Shown: positions 56,167 through 64,000 of the stretch, one piece after another
Layout: each line of letters starts with the position of its first letter
How positions within the stretch are numbered: the first letter of the stretch is position 1
From: an uncultured Bacillota bacterium
Lineage (GTDB): Bacteria > Sysuimicrobiota > Sysuimicrobiia > Sysuimicrobiales > Segetimicrobiaceae
DNA: 64,000 nt
Direction of reading: 5' to 3'
NCBI GenBank assembly: GCA_963804645.1
Contig: CAWDRG010000017.1
Coordinates: 192,001 to 256,000, forward strand
Notes under the pieces: generated by a model
What the model saw: only the letters and a program-made list of their open reading frames with translations
Databases searched by the model: none
What the model was told of the DNA's origin: nothing
Translations under genes and position numbers: made by a program

Positions 56167-58211
56167 CACCCGGCCTCCCCGACGAGGTTCCCCGCGGCAT
56201 CCGCGCGCACGCGGTATCCGGGTGGCACGAACGTGGTCGTGTCGTACTGCTCGATGACCGCGGGCCCGACGATCCACCGGTCCCGACCGACGGCAGCGCG
56301 CTGGCAGACCCGCGCGTCGCGGGACGCCCCGTCCACGAACACCGGCCGGGTCTCGTCGGGGCGCTCGCCGCCGCGCCCCTCCCGCGCCGAGAGCCGCGTC
56401 ACCTTGGCCGTCTCGCCCACCACCGTCGCCCGGAGATTGACGAACGTGACCGGCGCCTTCGCATCGCTCACGCCGAAAATCGAGTGGTACAGCGCATGGA
56501 ACCGCCGCCCGACCGCCGCACGGTCCCCGCGTTCGTCGGCCGGCACGGAGACCTCGATCTCGAACGCCTGCCCTTCGTACCGCATGTCGGCGCTGTACAG
56601 GACGAAGGACGAGGTGAGTCGGATCCCCTGCGCACTCTCCTCCTCGAGCCATTCCCGGCCGCGCCGCTCGAGCGCGGCGTAGGCCGCCTCGAGGTCGGCG
56701 TCGGTGAGTTGGTGATCGCTGCGGTACAGCGAGTGGACGAAGTCGTTGCGGAGATCGGCCACGATGCAGCCGAGGGCGCACAGCGTCCCGGGCGACGGCG
56801 GGATCAGCACCTTCCCGATCCCGACCTCCCGGGCGAGGAGGAACGCGTGCGTCGGGCCGGCCCCACCGTAGGCCAGCAGCGTGAAGTCGCGCGGATCCAC
56901 GCCCTTGCGGGCCATCAGCGGGGTGAACTGCGCGTACATGTTCGACGTGGTCACGTCGAGAATGGCCTGCGCGACGGCACGCGACGACAGGCCGATCCCG
57001 CGGCCGAGCTCCGTGAGGGCCTGCTCGGCGAGCGACGCCGTCAGCGGCATCTGCCCGCCGAGGAACCGGTCCGGGGCGATGATCCCGAGGTGCACGTACG
57101 CATCCGTCACCGTGGGCCACCGGCCGCCTCGACCGTAGCACGCCGGCCCCGGGTCGGCGCCGGCGCTGCGCGGTCCCACCTTGAGGACGCCCGCCGCATC
57201 CAGCCACGCGATCGATCCGCCCCCCGCCCCGATCGACGACACGTCCACGGCGGGCATGATCACGGGGAAATCGCCGACTTGGTTCTCCGTCGAGTAGGCG
57301 GGTTGGCCGTCCACCACGATCGCCACATCCGCGCTCGTCCCACCCATGTCGAGCGTCACGATCCCGCCCGCGCCGGCGAGGCGCGCGACGTGGGCCGCCC
57401 CGATCACGCCGGACGCCGGCCCCGACAGGAGCGTCTGCACCGGCTCCTCGGCCGCGCGCGCGGCGGTCATCACGCCGCCGTTCGACTTGGTCGAGAGCAC
57501 CTGCGCCCGCAGCCCGCGTTCCGCCGCCCCCCGTGCGAGGTTGCGAAAGTACCCGGCCATGCGCGCGCCGATGTACGCGTTCATCACGGCGACCAGACAG
57601 CGCTCGTACTCGCGCTGCTGCGGCCACAGGTCGGCGCTCGCGCACGCGAACAGCCCGGGGAACTCGGTCCGGATCAGGTCCCGGACCTGATGCTCGTGCG
57701 CGGCGTTCTTGTAGGCGTGCATGAAGCACACGGCCACCGCAGTGACCCCGTCGGCGTCCAGCCGGCGGACCGCGTCGCGCACCTGCGAAAGGTCGAGCGC
57801 GCGGTGCACGCGCCCGTCGGCGAGCATCCGCTCGTCGATCTCCTGGACCAGGTCGCGGGGCACGAGCGGCAGCGGCTTGTCGCCGTAGAAATCGGTCGTA
57901 TTTTCCAGACGGAGCCGCCGGATCTCGAGGATGTCGCGCAGGCCGCGCGTGACGAGCAGGCCCGTCCGGGCGCCGCTCCGCTCGATGAGGGTGTTGACGC
58001 CGAGCGTGGTGCCGTGGACGAACAACGCGATCTCTTCCGGCGGCACCTTCGCGCGCCGGAGATCATCCAGGGCGTTGAAAATGGCCTCCTCGGGCGCGCC
58101 CGGCACGGAGGGCGTCTTCAGGGTCGCGGTCACCGTGCCGGCGTCGTCCGCGACCATCACGTCCGTGAACGTGCCTCCGATATCCACGCCGAGTCGAAAG
58201 GATCCCGCCAT
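56166..58211 (-). CDS. Hydantoinase A / oxoprolinase family subunit
   Basis: GVDIGGTFTD, HGTT..N.LIER.G, SGPASG, DMGGTSAD, IGAGGGSI, SAGADPGPACY, YGGAGP; RBS AGGAGGT. Confidence 0.95.
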   Translation of the reverse strand: MAGSFRLGVDIGGTFTDVMVADDAGTVTATLKTPSVPGAPEEAIFNALDDLRRAKVPPEEIALFVHGTTLGVNTLIERSGARTGLLVTRGLRDILEIRRLRLENTTDFYGDKPLPLVPRDLVQEIDERMLADGRVHRALDLSQVRDAVRRLDADGVTAVAVCFMHAYKNAAHEHQVRDLIRTEFPGLFACASADLWPQQREYERCLVAVMNAYIGARMAGYFRNLARGAAERGLRAQVLSTKSNGGVMTAARAAEEPVQTLLSGPASGVIGAAHVARLAGAGGIVTLDMGGTSADVAIVVDGQPAYSTENQVGDFPVIMPAVDVSSIGAGGGSIAWLDAAGVLKVGPRSAGADPGPACYGRGGRWPTVTDAYVHLGIIAPDRFLGGQMPLTASLAEQALTELGRGIGLSSRAVAQAILDVTTSNMYAQFTPLMARKGVDPRDFTLLAYGGAGPTHAFLLAREVGIGKVLIPPSPGTLCALGCIVADLRNDFVHSLYRSDHQLTDADLEAAYAALERRGREWLEEESAQGIRLTSSFVLYSADMRYEGQAFEIEVSVPADERGDRAAVGRRFHALYHSIFGVSDAKAPVTFVNLRATVVGETAKVTRLSAREGRGGERPDETRPVFVDGASRDARVCQRAAVGRDRWIVGPAVIEQYDTTTFVPPGYRVRADAAGNLVGEAG

Positions 58212-58383
58212 CCGGTCCGACCTCCTGTCGCGATAGTCCTCCACGGTGGGCGTCACGGCGACACGTCAGCCCTCGGCGGCGCGGTGGAGCTCCGTTCGTC
58301 CGGCGGACCGCCGTGAGCGCAACGCGTTGGGGGCCGGCCGTGCGCGCACGCCGGCCCGCCTCGGCCTTCCGATGCTAGACCGA

Positions 58384-59508
58384 TCAGCCCACGACCATCA
58401 AGGAACTGGTGTCCATCTTCGTCGTCAGCCGCTCACCGCCGCGCTCGCCCACCCGCACCAGATCCTCCACGTGAAACCGGCCGAGTCCCTTAAAGGGGTG
58501 CATGATTTCGACGCACATCAGCATGTTCGGCACGAGCGTTTCTTCCTCATAGGGGGTGAGGATCGGGTATTCATGCAGCCGAAGACCGAGACTGTGGCCG
58601 ATCGCGTCCATCGAGAACTCGAGACCAAGGTCCTTACCGACCGCTACGGATTCGCGGTACAGATCGGACGCGCGCCGTCCGGGCTTCAACCGCGAGATCA
58701 TCTCGCGCTGCAGCGTGACGAGCGTGTGGTACGCGTCGCGCTGCGCCGCGGACGGCTCCCCCACCACGGCCATGCGGCCGAAGTCGGTGTAGTACCCGCG
58801 GAAAAACCCGACCATATCCATCCGCATGACCGTGCCCGGCCCCACGCGGGTCTCGTCGGGCACGGAGTGGGCGATCATCGTCCGCTCAGGACCCGAGGCG
58901 AAGCTATAGAACGGCACCCAGTCGGCACCGCCGTCCAAGAGGTGGTGCGCCAGGCGACGGGCGATCGAACGCTCAGTCTCGCCGGCCTTGGTCGCACGAT
59001 AGCCGGCGTCGACCGCCGTCTCCCAGATGCCGGCGATCTCCGTCATGTGCCGGATCTCGTCGTCCGTCTTCACCATCCGGGACCGGTTCAACACCGTTTC
59101 GGCGTCGAGGATCTCCAGTTGCGGCAGCGCGCGCCGCAGCGCATCGGCGTCCCGCCCGGGCAAGTAGCCCATTTCGATCCAGACCCGCCCGCGATCGAGA
59201 CCCCGCTCCTTGAGCGCGCGCACCAACCCGTCGACCGGCAGCACGGCGTGCTCCGTGTACGGCACGATCTCATCGATCCACGACTGCGTGCGGGCCGTGT
59301 GTTCGACGACCGTGCTGACGACAAAGAACGGCGCGCCCTCACGCCGGTACACCGCGAACGCGAGCCGATCGCTGATCATCCGCTGGCTGATGATGAACAC
59401 TCCGGCCAGATGCTGCACGTTCTCAGGGGACACCCCGATGACCGCGTCCACACCCGCCGCGGTCATCTCCTGCCGCAATCCGGTCTCGAGGTACTGGCGC
59501 TTCTCCAC
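58384..59508 (-). CDS. M24 / Xaa-Pro peptidase family protein
   Basis: RMVKTDDEI, D...YYTDFGR, GHSLGL..HE.P, VEI, HVEDLV. GAGGAGGT RBS before the GTG at 59508. Confidence 0.9.
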   Translation of the reverse strand: MEKRQYLETGLRQEMTAAGVDAVIGVSPENVQHLAGVFIISQRMISDRLAFAVYRREGAPFFVVSTVVEHTARTQSWIDEIVPYTEHAVLPVDGLVRALKERGLDRGRVWIEMGYLPGRDADALRRALPQLEILDAETVLNRSRMVKTDDEIRHMTEIAGIWETAVDAGYRATKAGETERSIARRLAHHLLDGGADWVPFYSFASGPERTMIAHSVPDETRVGPGTVMRMDMVGFFRGYYTDFGRMAVVGEPSAAQRDAYHTLVTLQREMISRLKPGRRASDLYRESVAVGKDLGLEFSMDAIGHSLGLRLHEYPILTPYEEETLVPNMLMCVEIMHPFKGLGRFHVEDLVRVGERGGERLTTKMDTSSLMVVG

Positions 59509-59672
59509 GCTCGACCTCCTCATCCGTCATCCACCACGGTCGACAATGGACCGCCCGCGCACGCGGGCCGGCACACCGGCGCGAACGGAATACACACCCC
59601 GGCAGCCGCGTGGCACCCTTCACACACCCCATGGGTCCCCGGGAGATCGGTCCGTGACGGCGCGAGGCACCA

Positions 59673-59687
59673 CATTGACGCTCAATG
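59673..59687. promoter_or_regulatory. Palindrome CATTGA-N3-TCAATG in the divergent M24/ligD intergenic region
   Basis: Perfect 6-bp arms, AT-richer than the surroundings. Confidence 0.4.
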
Positions 59688-59924
59688 GTCCGTGGCCGCG
59701 GAATCGACTCCCCCCCAATTCGCGCCGGGGCTCACCGCCGCCTGCTCGCGCGACGGCATCCACCGGAGAGCCGACTGCCGGTCGAGGACGCTCCGCCATC
59801 GCGTCCGCAGCCGTCAGAGGGTCCGCTCGGGGTGCGTCGAATGCGGTCGGTGACAGAGTCGGCGCGGCGGCGGGTACACTAACGTGGGGTGCGCCGTCTC
59901 CGCACGAACGCCCCGAAGCGACCG

Positions 59925-60617
59925 ATGAGCCTCGACGCGTATCGCCGGAAACGCCGCTTCGACGTCACGCCTGAGCCCGCGGGCGGCCGCAGGACGGCGC
60001 CGGCCCGCCGCCTCCTCTACGTCGTCCAGAAGCACCAGGCGAGCCATCTGCACTACGATCTGCGCCTCGAGTGGGACGGGGTGCTCCTGTCGTGGGCGGT
60101 GCCGAAGGGGCCCTCGCTCGACCCGTCGGTCAAGCGCCTCGCGATGCGCGTCGAAGACCATCCGATCGAGTACGCGAAGTTCGAGGGCAGCATCCCCGAC
60201 GGCCAGTACGGCGCCGGCACCGTGATGGTGTGGGATCTCGGCACCTGGGTCCCGGACGAGCCGCGGGTCGACCTGTCCCTGCGGCGCGGCGAACTCAAGT
60301 TCACGCTCTACGGGCGGAAGCTCACGGGGTCGTGGGTCCTGGTGCGCACCCGGCGCGGACCGCCCGGATCCTCCGGCCGCGCGGCGTGGTTGTTGATCAA
60401 ACACCGGGATGCCTCCGCGTCGACGCACGATGTGGAAACCGCGCGGCCCCGCTCGGTCATCTCGAACCGGACGCTCGCCTCGATCGCGCGGGCCTCCGGC
60501 GGCAACGTCGAGAAGGCGGCGGCCGCCGACCCACCCGCCGGACGGACGCGGACGCCGGCCGGTCCGCGCCGCACGCCGGCACGAACGGCCGTGCCCGCGC
60601 GCCGGGCACGCCGATGA
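59925..60617 (+). CDS. LigD 3'-phosphoesterase domain protein (stand-alone)
   Basis: Y..KR.F..TPEP, VVQKH.A.HLHYDLRLE, SWAVPKGPS, EDHP..Y..FEG.IP.GQYGAG.V..WD.G. Confidence 0.95.
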   Translation: MSLDAYRRKRRFDVTPEPAGGRRTAPARRLLYVVQKHQASHLHYDLRLEWDGVLLSWAVPKGPSLDPSVKRLAMRVEDHPIEYAKFEGSIPDGQYGAGTVMVWDLGTWVPDEPRVDLSLRRGELKFTLYGRKLTGSWVLVRTRRGPPGSSGRAAWLLIKHRDASASTHDVETARPRSVISNRTLASIARASGGNVEKAAAADPPAGRTRTPAGPRRTPARTAVPARRARR

Positions 60618-61537
60618 CCGACCGGATCCCCATCCGCGTGAGTCCCATGCTGGCCACGCTCGTGAGCGCGCCGTTCGAGCGGCGGGGGTGGGTCTACGAG
60701 GAGAAGTACGACGGCTACCGGATGCTCGCGTACAAAGAGGGCGCGCGGGTCCGGCTGCTCTCGAGGAACGCGCACGACCGGACGGCGGCGTACCCCGGCC
60801 TCGCGTCCGCGGTGAGCACCCTGCCGTGCCGCAACGCGCTCCTCGACGGCGAGATCGTCGCGTTCGACCGCCGCCGCGTCTCCCGGTTCCAGCTGCTGCA
60901 GCGGGGCGCCGCCGCCCCGACCTACGCGATCTTCGACTGCCTGTATCTCAACGGGCGGGACCTTCGACGCGAGGCCCTGTCCGCGAGACGCGATGCGCTG
61001 GAAACCGTCCTGCGACCCGGTCGCCCGCTGCTGCTCGCGCGCCGGCTCGCGAAGAACGGCCTCGCGGCGTACCGGGTCGCCAGACGCCGGGGGTATGAAG
61101 GGCTGGTCGCGAAAGATCTCAGCGCGCCGTACGTCGGCGGGCGGTCACGGGCGTGGCTCAAGGTCAAGGTGCGCCAGGAGGATGAGTTCGTCATCGTCGG
61201 CTATACGGCACCGAGCGGATCGCGGACGCGGTTCGGCGCGCTTCTGCTCGGGGCCTACAACCGCGGGACACTGCGCTACGTGGGCAAGGTCGGCACCGGC
61301 TTCACCACAGAGACGCTGGCGTCGCTCTTCCACGCGTTCCGGCCGTTCGTGCGCCGGACCCCGACCGTCGCCGATCCCCCTCGCGGACGCGGCATCACGT
61401 ACCTGGCCCCGCGGTTCGTCGCGCAGATCGCCTACGAAGAATTGACGGGCGACCGCAAGCTGCGCCAGCCGTCGTTCCTGGGGCTGCGGGACGACAAGGC
61501 GCCCCGCGACGTCACCCTTCCGGCACCGCTCTCATGA
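60614..61537 (+). CDS. ligD: ATP-dependent DNA ligase, LigD ligase domain (stand-alone)
   Basis: PMLATL, EEKYDGYR (KxDG), LDGEIV, FDCLY, EGLVAK, WLKVK, VGTGF, LRQPSFLGLRDDK. Confidence 0.93.
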   Translation: MTDRIPIRVSPMLATLVSAPFERRGWVYEEKYDGYRMLAYKEGARVRLLSRNAHDRTAAYPGLASAVSTLPCRNALLDGEIVAFDRRRVSRFQLLQRGAAAPTYAIFDCLYLNGRDLRREALSARRDALETVLRPGRPLLLARRLAKNGLAAYRVARRRGYEGLVAKDLSAPYVGGRSRAWLKVKVRQEDEFVIVGYTAPSGSRTRFGALLLGAYNRGTLRYVGKVGTGFTTETLASLFHAFRPFVRRTPTVADPPRGRGITYLAPRFVAQIAYEELTGDRKLRQPSFLGLRDDKAPRDVTLPAPLS

Positions 61538-62472
61538 GCGCCCGCCCCCCTCGACCCAATCTCCGGCGGCTGCCGGTGCCGATCTCCCACCCGGACAAGG
61601 TGTTCTGGCCGGCCGAAGGATACACGAAGCTCGATCTCGTGTCCTTTTACGACCGCATTTTTCCGCACCTGCGACCCTACCTCGCCGACCGGCTCTTGAC
61701 GATGGAGCGATGCCCGGACGGCCTGCGGGGCGAGTGCTTCTACCAGCGCTCGGCCCCGCGCGGGCTTCCCCCGGGCACCCCCATCAAGCGCGTCCATGAC
61801 GCGACGGGCGTCACCAACTACGTCGTGGGCGGAGCGCGCGCCACGCAGGCGGCGCTCACGAACCTCGGCTGCATCGCGATCCATGTGTGGGCGAGCCGCG
61901 CCGCGGCGCCGCGGCTCCCCGACTGGGTGTGCTTCGACCTGGACCCGACGTCCGGCGCGTTCGCCGACGCTGCCCGCGCCGGCCGGCGGGTCAAGACCGA
62001 GCTGGACGCGCTCGGCCTGACGTCGTTCCCCAAGACATCGGGCAGCCGCGGCCTTCATGTGTTCGTGCCAATCCGCGTCGGCCCCGACGTCGCGGAGGTC
62101 CTGGCGTTCGCGGAGGCGGTCGTCCAGCACATCGCCGCCCGGTATCCCAAGGAGCTCACGGTCGAGCCGCACATCTCCGCCCGACGGGGACGCGTCTATC
62201 TGGACCCCTACCGGAACGGATTCGCGCAGACCGTGGCCGCGCCGTATTCGGTGCGGCGCCGCCCCAAGGCGCCCGTGTCGACGCCGCTTGACTGGTCCGA
62301 GGTGACGCCTGGGCTCAAGCCCGAGCAGTTCAACCTGGGAAACTTCGAGAAGCGCCTGGAGGGCGACGATCCGTGGAAGGGCTTTTTCCGGGCGCGCCAG
62401 ACGCTGACCGCGGCGATGACGGCCGTCTTGCCGACGCAGAACCGCGGACGATTCGTCAAAAAGAGTGGTTAA
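61534..62472 (+). CDS. LigD primase-polymerase domain protein (stand-alone)
   Basis: SHPDKVFWP, TKLDLV.FY, R.PDG...FYQ, FDLDP, KTSGSRGLHV, YSVR....A.VSTPL.W. Confidence 0.95.
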   Translation: MSARPPRPNLRRLPVPISHPDKVFWPAEGYTKLDLVSFYDRIFPHLRPYLADRLLTMERCPDGLRGECFYQRSAPRGLPPGTPIKRVHDATGVTNYVVGGARATQAALTNLGCIAIHVWASRAAAPRLPDWVCFDLDPTSGAFADAARAGRRVKTELDALGLTSFPKTSGSRGLHVFVPIRVGPDVAEVLAFAEAVVQHIAARYPKELTVEPHISARRGRVYLDPYRNGFAQTVAAPYSVRRRPKAPVSTPLDWSEVTPGLKPEQFNLGNFEKRLEGDDPWKGFFRARQTLTAAMTAVLPTQNRGRFVKKSG

Positions 62473-62477
62473 ATGCA

Positions 62478-62504
62478 GAATCGCGAACCTGGTGTTCGCG
62501 ATTC
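62478..62504. repeat. Perfect 11-bp inverted repeat (hairpin) after the LigD polymerase gene
   Basis: GAATCGCGAAC-ctggt-GTTCGCGATTC. Confidence 0.75.
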
Positions 62505-62548
62505 AAGGACTTCGGTGGTGGCCGACCCTCTTTCTGTTTACGCAAGGG

Positions 62549-62577
62549 ATTATCTCAGAAAAGCGGGGCCTTGTCAA
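62549..62577 (-). promoter_or_regulatory. Near-consensus sigma70 promoter TTGACA-N17-GATAAT (with extended TG) facing antisense to the ligD genes
   Basis: Minus strand TTGACA aggccccgcttttctga GATAAT. Confidence 0.65.
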
Positions 62578-62857
62578 GACCCAACGAAACCCTTATATCT
62601 CAAGCCCTGGCGCGGCGGCAAGATGCAACTGAGGCGCATGGTAGGCGCCGTCGGTTTGCCGCTTATCGCAAAAGTAGAACCAGGCTGGTAGTCTCGTCCC
62701 GCGCCGCAGGCCGGCGGGCGCGTGCCACGGGCGCGCTGCCGGTGACGCCCAAGGGAGGAGATGCGGCGGTCCAACTGAATAGATCGACAATGGCGCGAGT
62801 GGTGCCGGTGAGCTCCGCCGGGCGCGGCCATGCAGCGAAGTGGCGGGTGGTGTTCCC

Positions 62858-63862
62858 GTGAGTTTCCTCTGGCCGGCCGCGCTCCTGCTCTACCTGCTTG
62901 TGCCGGTGCTCGTCGCGGGCTATATCTGGATCCTGCGGCGCCCGCCGCGGGAGCGCATGACGTACTCCACGCTTGATCTCGTGGCCCGCGCGGCGGAGGC
63001 CGGCGGCCGCTGGCGCCGCCACGTCCCGGCCGCGTTCTACCTCGCCACGCTGTGCGCCGTGATCTTCACGGTCGCGCGACCTGTGGCCGCGATCCCGACC
63101 CCGGACAACAAGACCGTCGTCATGATGAGCATCGACGTGAGCCGGAGCATGATGTCCACCGACGTCACGCCGAACCGCCTGGAAGCGGCGAAGGCGTCGG
63201 CCGTCAAATTCGTGAAGGCGCTGCCGAAGGATACCAAAGTCGGTCTCGTCTCGTTCAGCAGTTACGCGACGCTCGTCAGGGCGCCGACGGCTGACCACGA
63301 TCAGGTCATCGACTCGATCCACACGCTCGAGCCTCAGTTTGGGACGGCGATCGGCGACGGTCTGCTGGAGGCGGTCTACGCGCTGCCGGGACGGCCCCGG
63401 CTGACCGGCCCCGCGAACCCGTACGGCACGCCCACGCTACCCACGTCGCCGCCCCCGGATGCCGACCGGCTGACGCCGGCCACCGTCGTCCTGCTGAGCG
63501 ACGGACAGAGCAACCGCGGGATTCCGCCGCTCGAGGCGGCGCCGATCGCGAAAGAGCTCAAGGTCAAGGTGTACACGATCGGGCTCGGCCGCCCCGAGGG
63601 CACCTTCCTCGAACTCGGGGGGCGCAACTGGTTTGCGGTCCTCGACGAGGAAACGCTGACACAGATCGCCCACATCACCGGGGGCACGTACCAGCGCGTC
63701 ACGAACGACCGCGACCTCGCTCGGGTGTACACGCAGCTCGGCCACATCGTCGGCTGGGAGATTCGTCCGGTCGAGGTGAGCGGGATCGCGTCGCTCGGGG
63801 TCGCGGCGCTGTTTGTCGGCACCATCGCGATCTCGCTCGTCTGGATGCACCGGCTGGGCTAG
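62858..63862 (+). CDS. VWA domain-containing membrane protein (BatA-like)
   Basis: SFLWP..LL N-terminal TM, MIDAS DVSRSM, PNRL.AAK, GTAIGDG, LLSDG, YTIG.G, LDEETL..IA..TGG.Y, C-terminal TM. Confidence 0.93.
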   Translation: MSFLWPAALLLYLLVPVLVAGYIWILRRPPRERMTYSTLDLVARAAEAGGRWRRHVPAAFYLATLCAVIFTVARPVAAIPTPDNKTVVMMSIDVSRSMMSTDVTPNRLEAAKASAVKFVKALPKDTKVGLVSFSSYATLVRAPTADHDQVIDSIHTLEPQFGTAIGDGLLEAVYALPGRPRLTGPANPYGTPTLPTSPPPDADRLTPATVVLLSDGQSNRGIPPLEAAPIAKELKVKVYTIGLGRPEGTFLELGGRNWFAVLDEETLTQIAHITGGTYQRVTNDRDLARVYTQLGHIVGWEIRPVEVSGIASLGVAALFVGTIAISLVWMHRLG

Positions 63863-63910
63863 CGCACCGGCCCGGCCGCCGCGGTCCGGCCGGGGGCCGA
63901 CGACGGACGG

Positions 63911-64000
63911 CTAGACCACCGCGCCCATCGCGTCGAGCGCCGCGACGAACGACTTCTCGAATGCCGCCAGCCCGTTGACCTGATCGTTGCCCTCGATCAC
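63911..64000 (-). CDS. 3' end of an unidentified CDS entering from beyond the window
   Basis: Open frame ...VIEGNDQVNGLAAFEKSFVAALDAMGAVV-stop with GC3-rich codons. Confidence 0.55.
   Translation of the reverse strand: MIEGNDQVNGLAAFEKSFVAALDAMGAVV

Noticed and set aside
54160..57729. 1189-aa hydantoinase B ORF suggesting a fused oxoprolinase
   Set aside because: The upstream part is off-frame over hydantoinase A; the real start is the ATG at 56166, overlapping the A-subunit stop.
62615..62662. c-di-GMP-I riboswitch (minus strand begins GGCAAACC)
   Set aside because: Lacks the GAAA tetraloop and GGGACGCAAA elements, and no gene follows on that strand.
62473..62860. CRISPR array after the leader-like AT-rich patch
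   Set aside because: No repeat-spacer periodicity on either side and no cas genes.

Overview
A 64 kb window of very GC-rich bacterial chromosome, roughly 70%+ GC by eye. It is mostly housekeeping and metabolic genes, and I saw no transposase, phage gene or CRISPR array. In order it contains: (1) a dcw cluster on the minus strand (mraZ-rsmH-ftsL-ftsI-murE-murF-mraY-murD-ftsW-murG-murC-murB-ftsQ-ftsA-ftsZ, no ddl), with MraZ boxes upstream and a strongly atypical MurD; (2) small hypothetical genes; (3) a sugar-acid operon (TIM-barrel epimerase, 2-hydroxyacid dehydrogenase, FGGY kinase, PdxA); (4) a low-GC type IV pilin followed by a diverged partial copy of its own 3' half; (5) a Thermotoga-type inositol cluster (iolN, iolM, ABC transporter, HAD, iolO); (6) rnpB, RidA and an orphan fliG; (7) a two-component operon, RNase HI, a Zn-ribbon protein and a beta-propeller protein; (8) an amidohydrolase, a methyltransferase and a CDF pump; (9) an LPP20/FlgT-N/FlgO-like envelope cluster; (10) a Pot-type ABC transporter, hydantoinase A/B and an M24 peptidase; (11) LigD split into three genes, then a VWA protein. 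The most novel candidate is at 48279-49798. A single ORF fuses a DUF47/PhoU-like helical domain to an OmpR/PhoB-type winged-helix DNA-binding domain with no receiver domain. It is followed by 11-bp-period PHO-box-like repeats and methylglyoxal synthase, suggesting a one-component phosphate-sensing regulator controlling a phosphate-releasing enzyme. Four genes carry single frameshifts, mostly at short homopolymers and probably assembly indels. All calls are from motif recognition by eye; no database searches were run.
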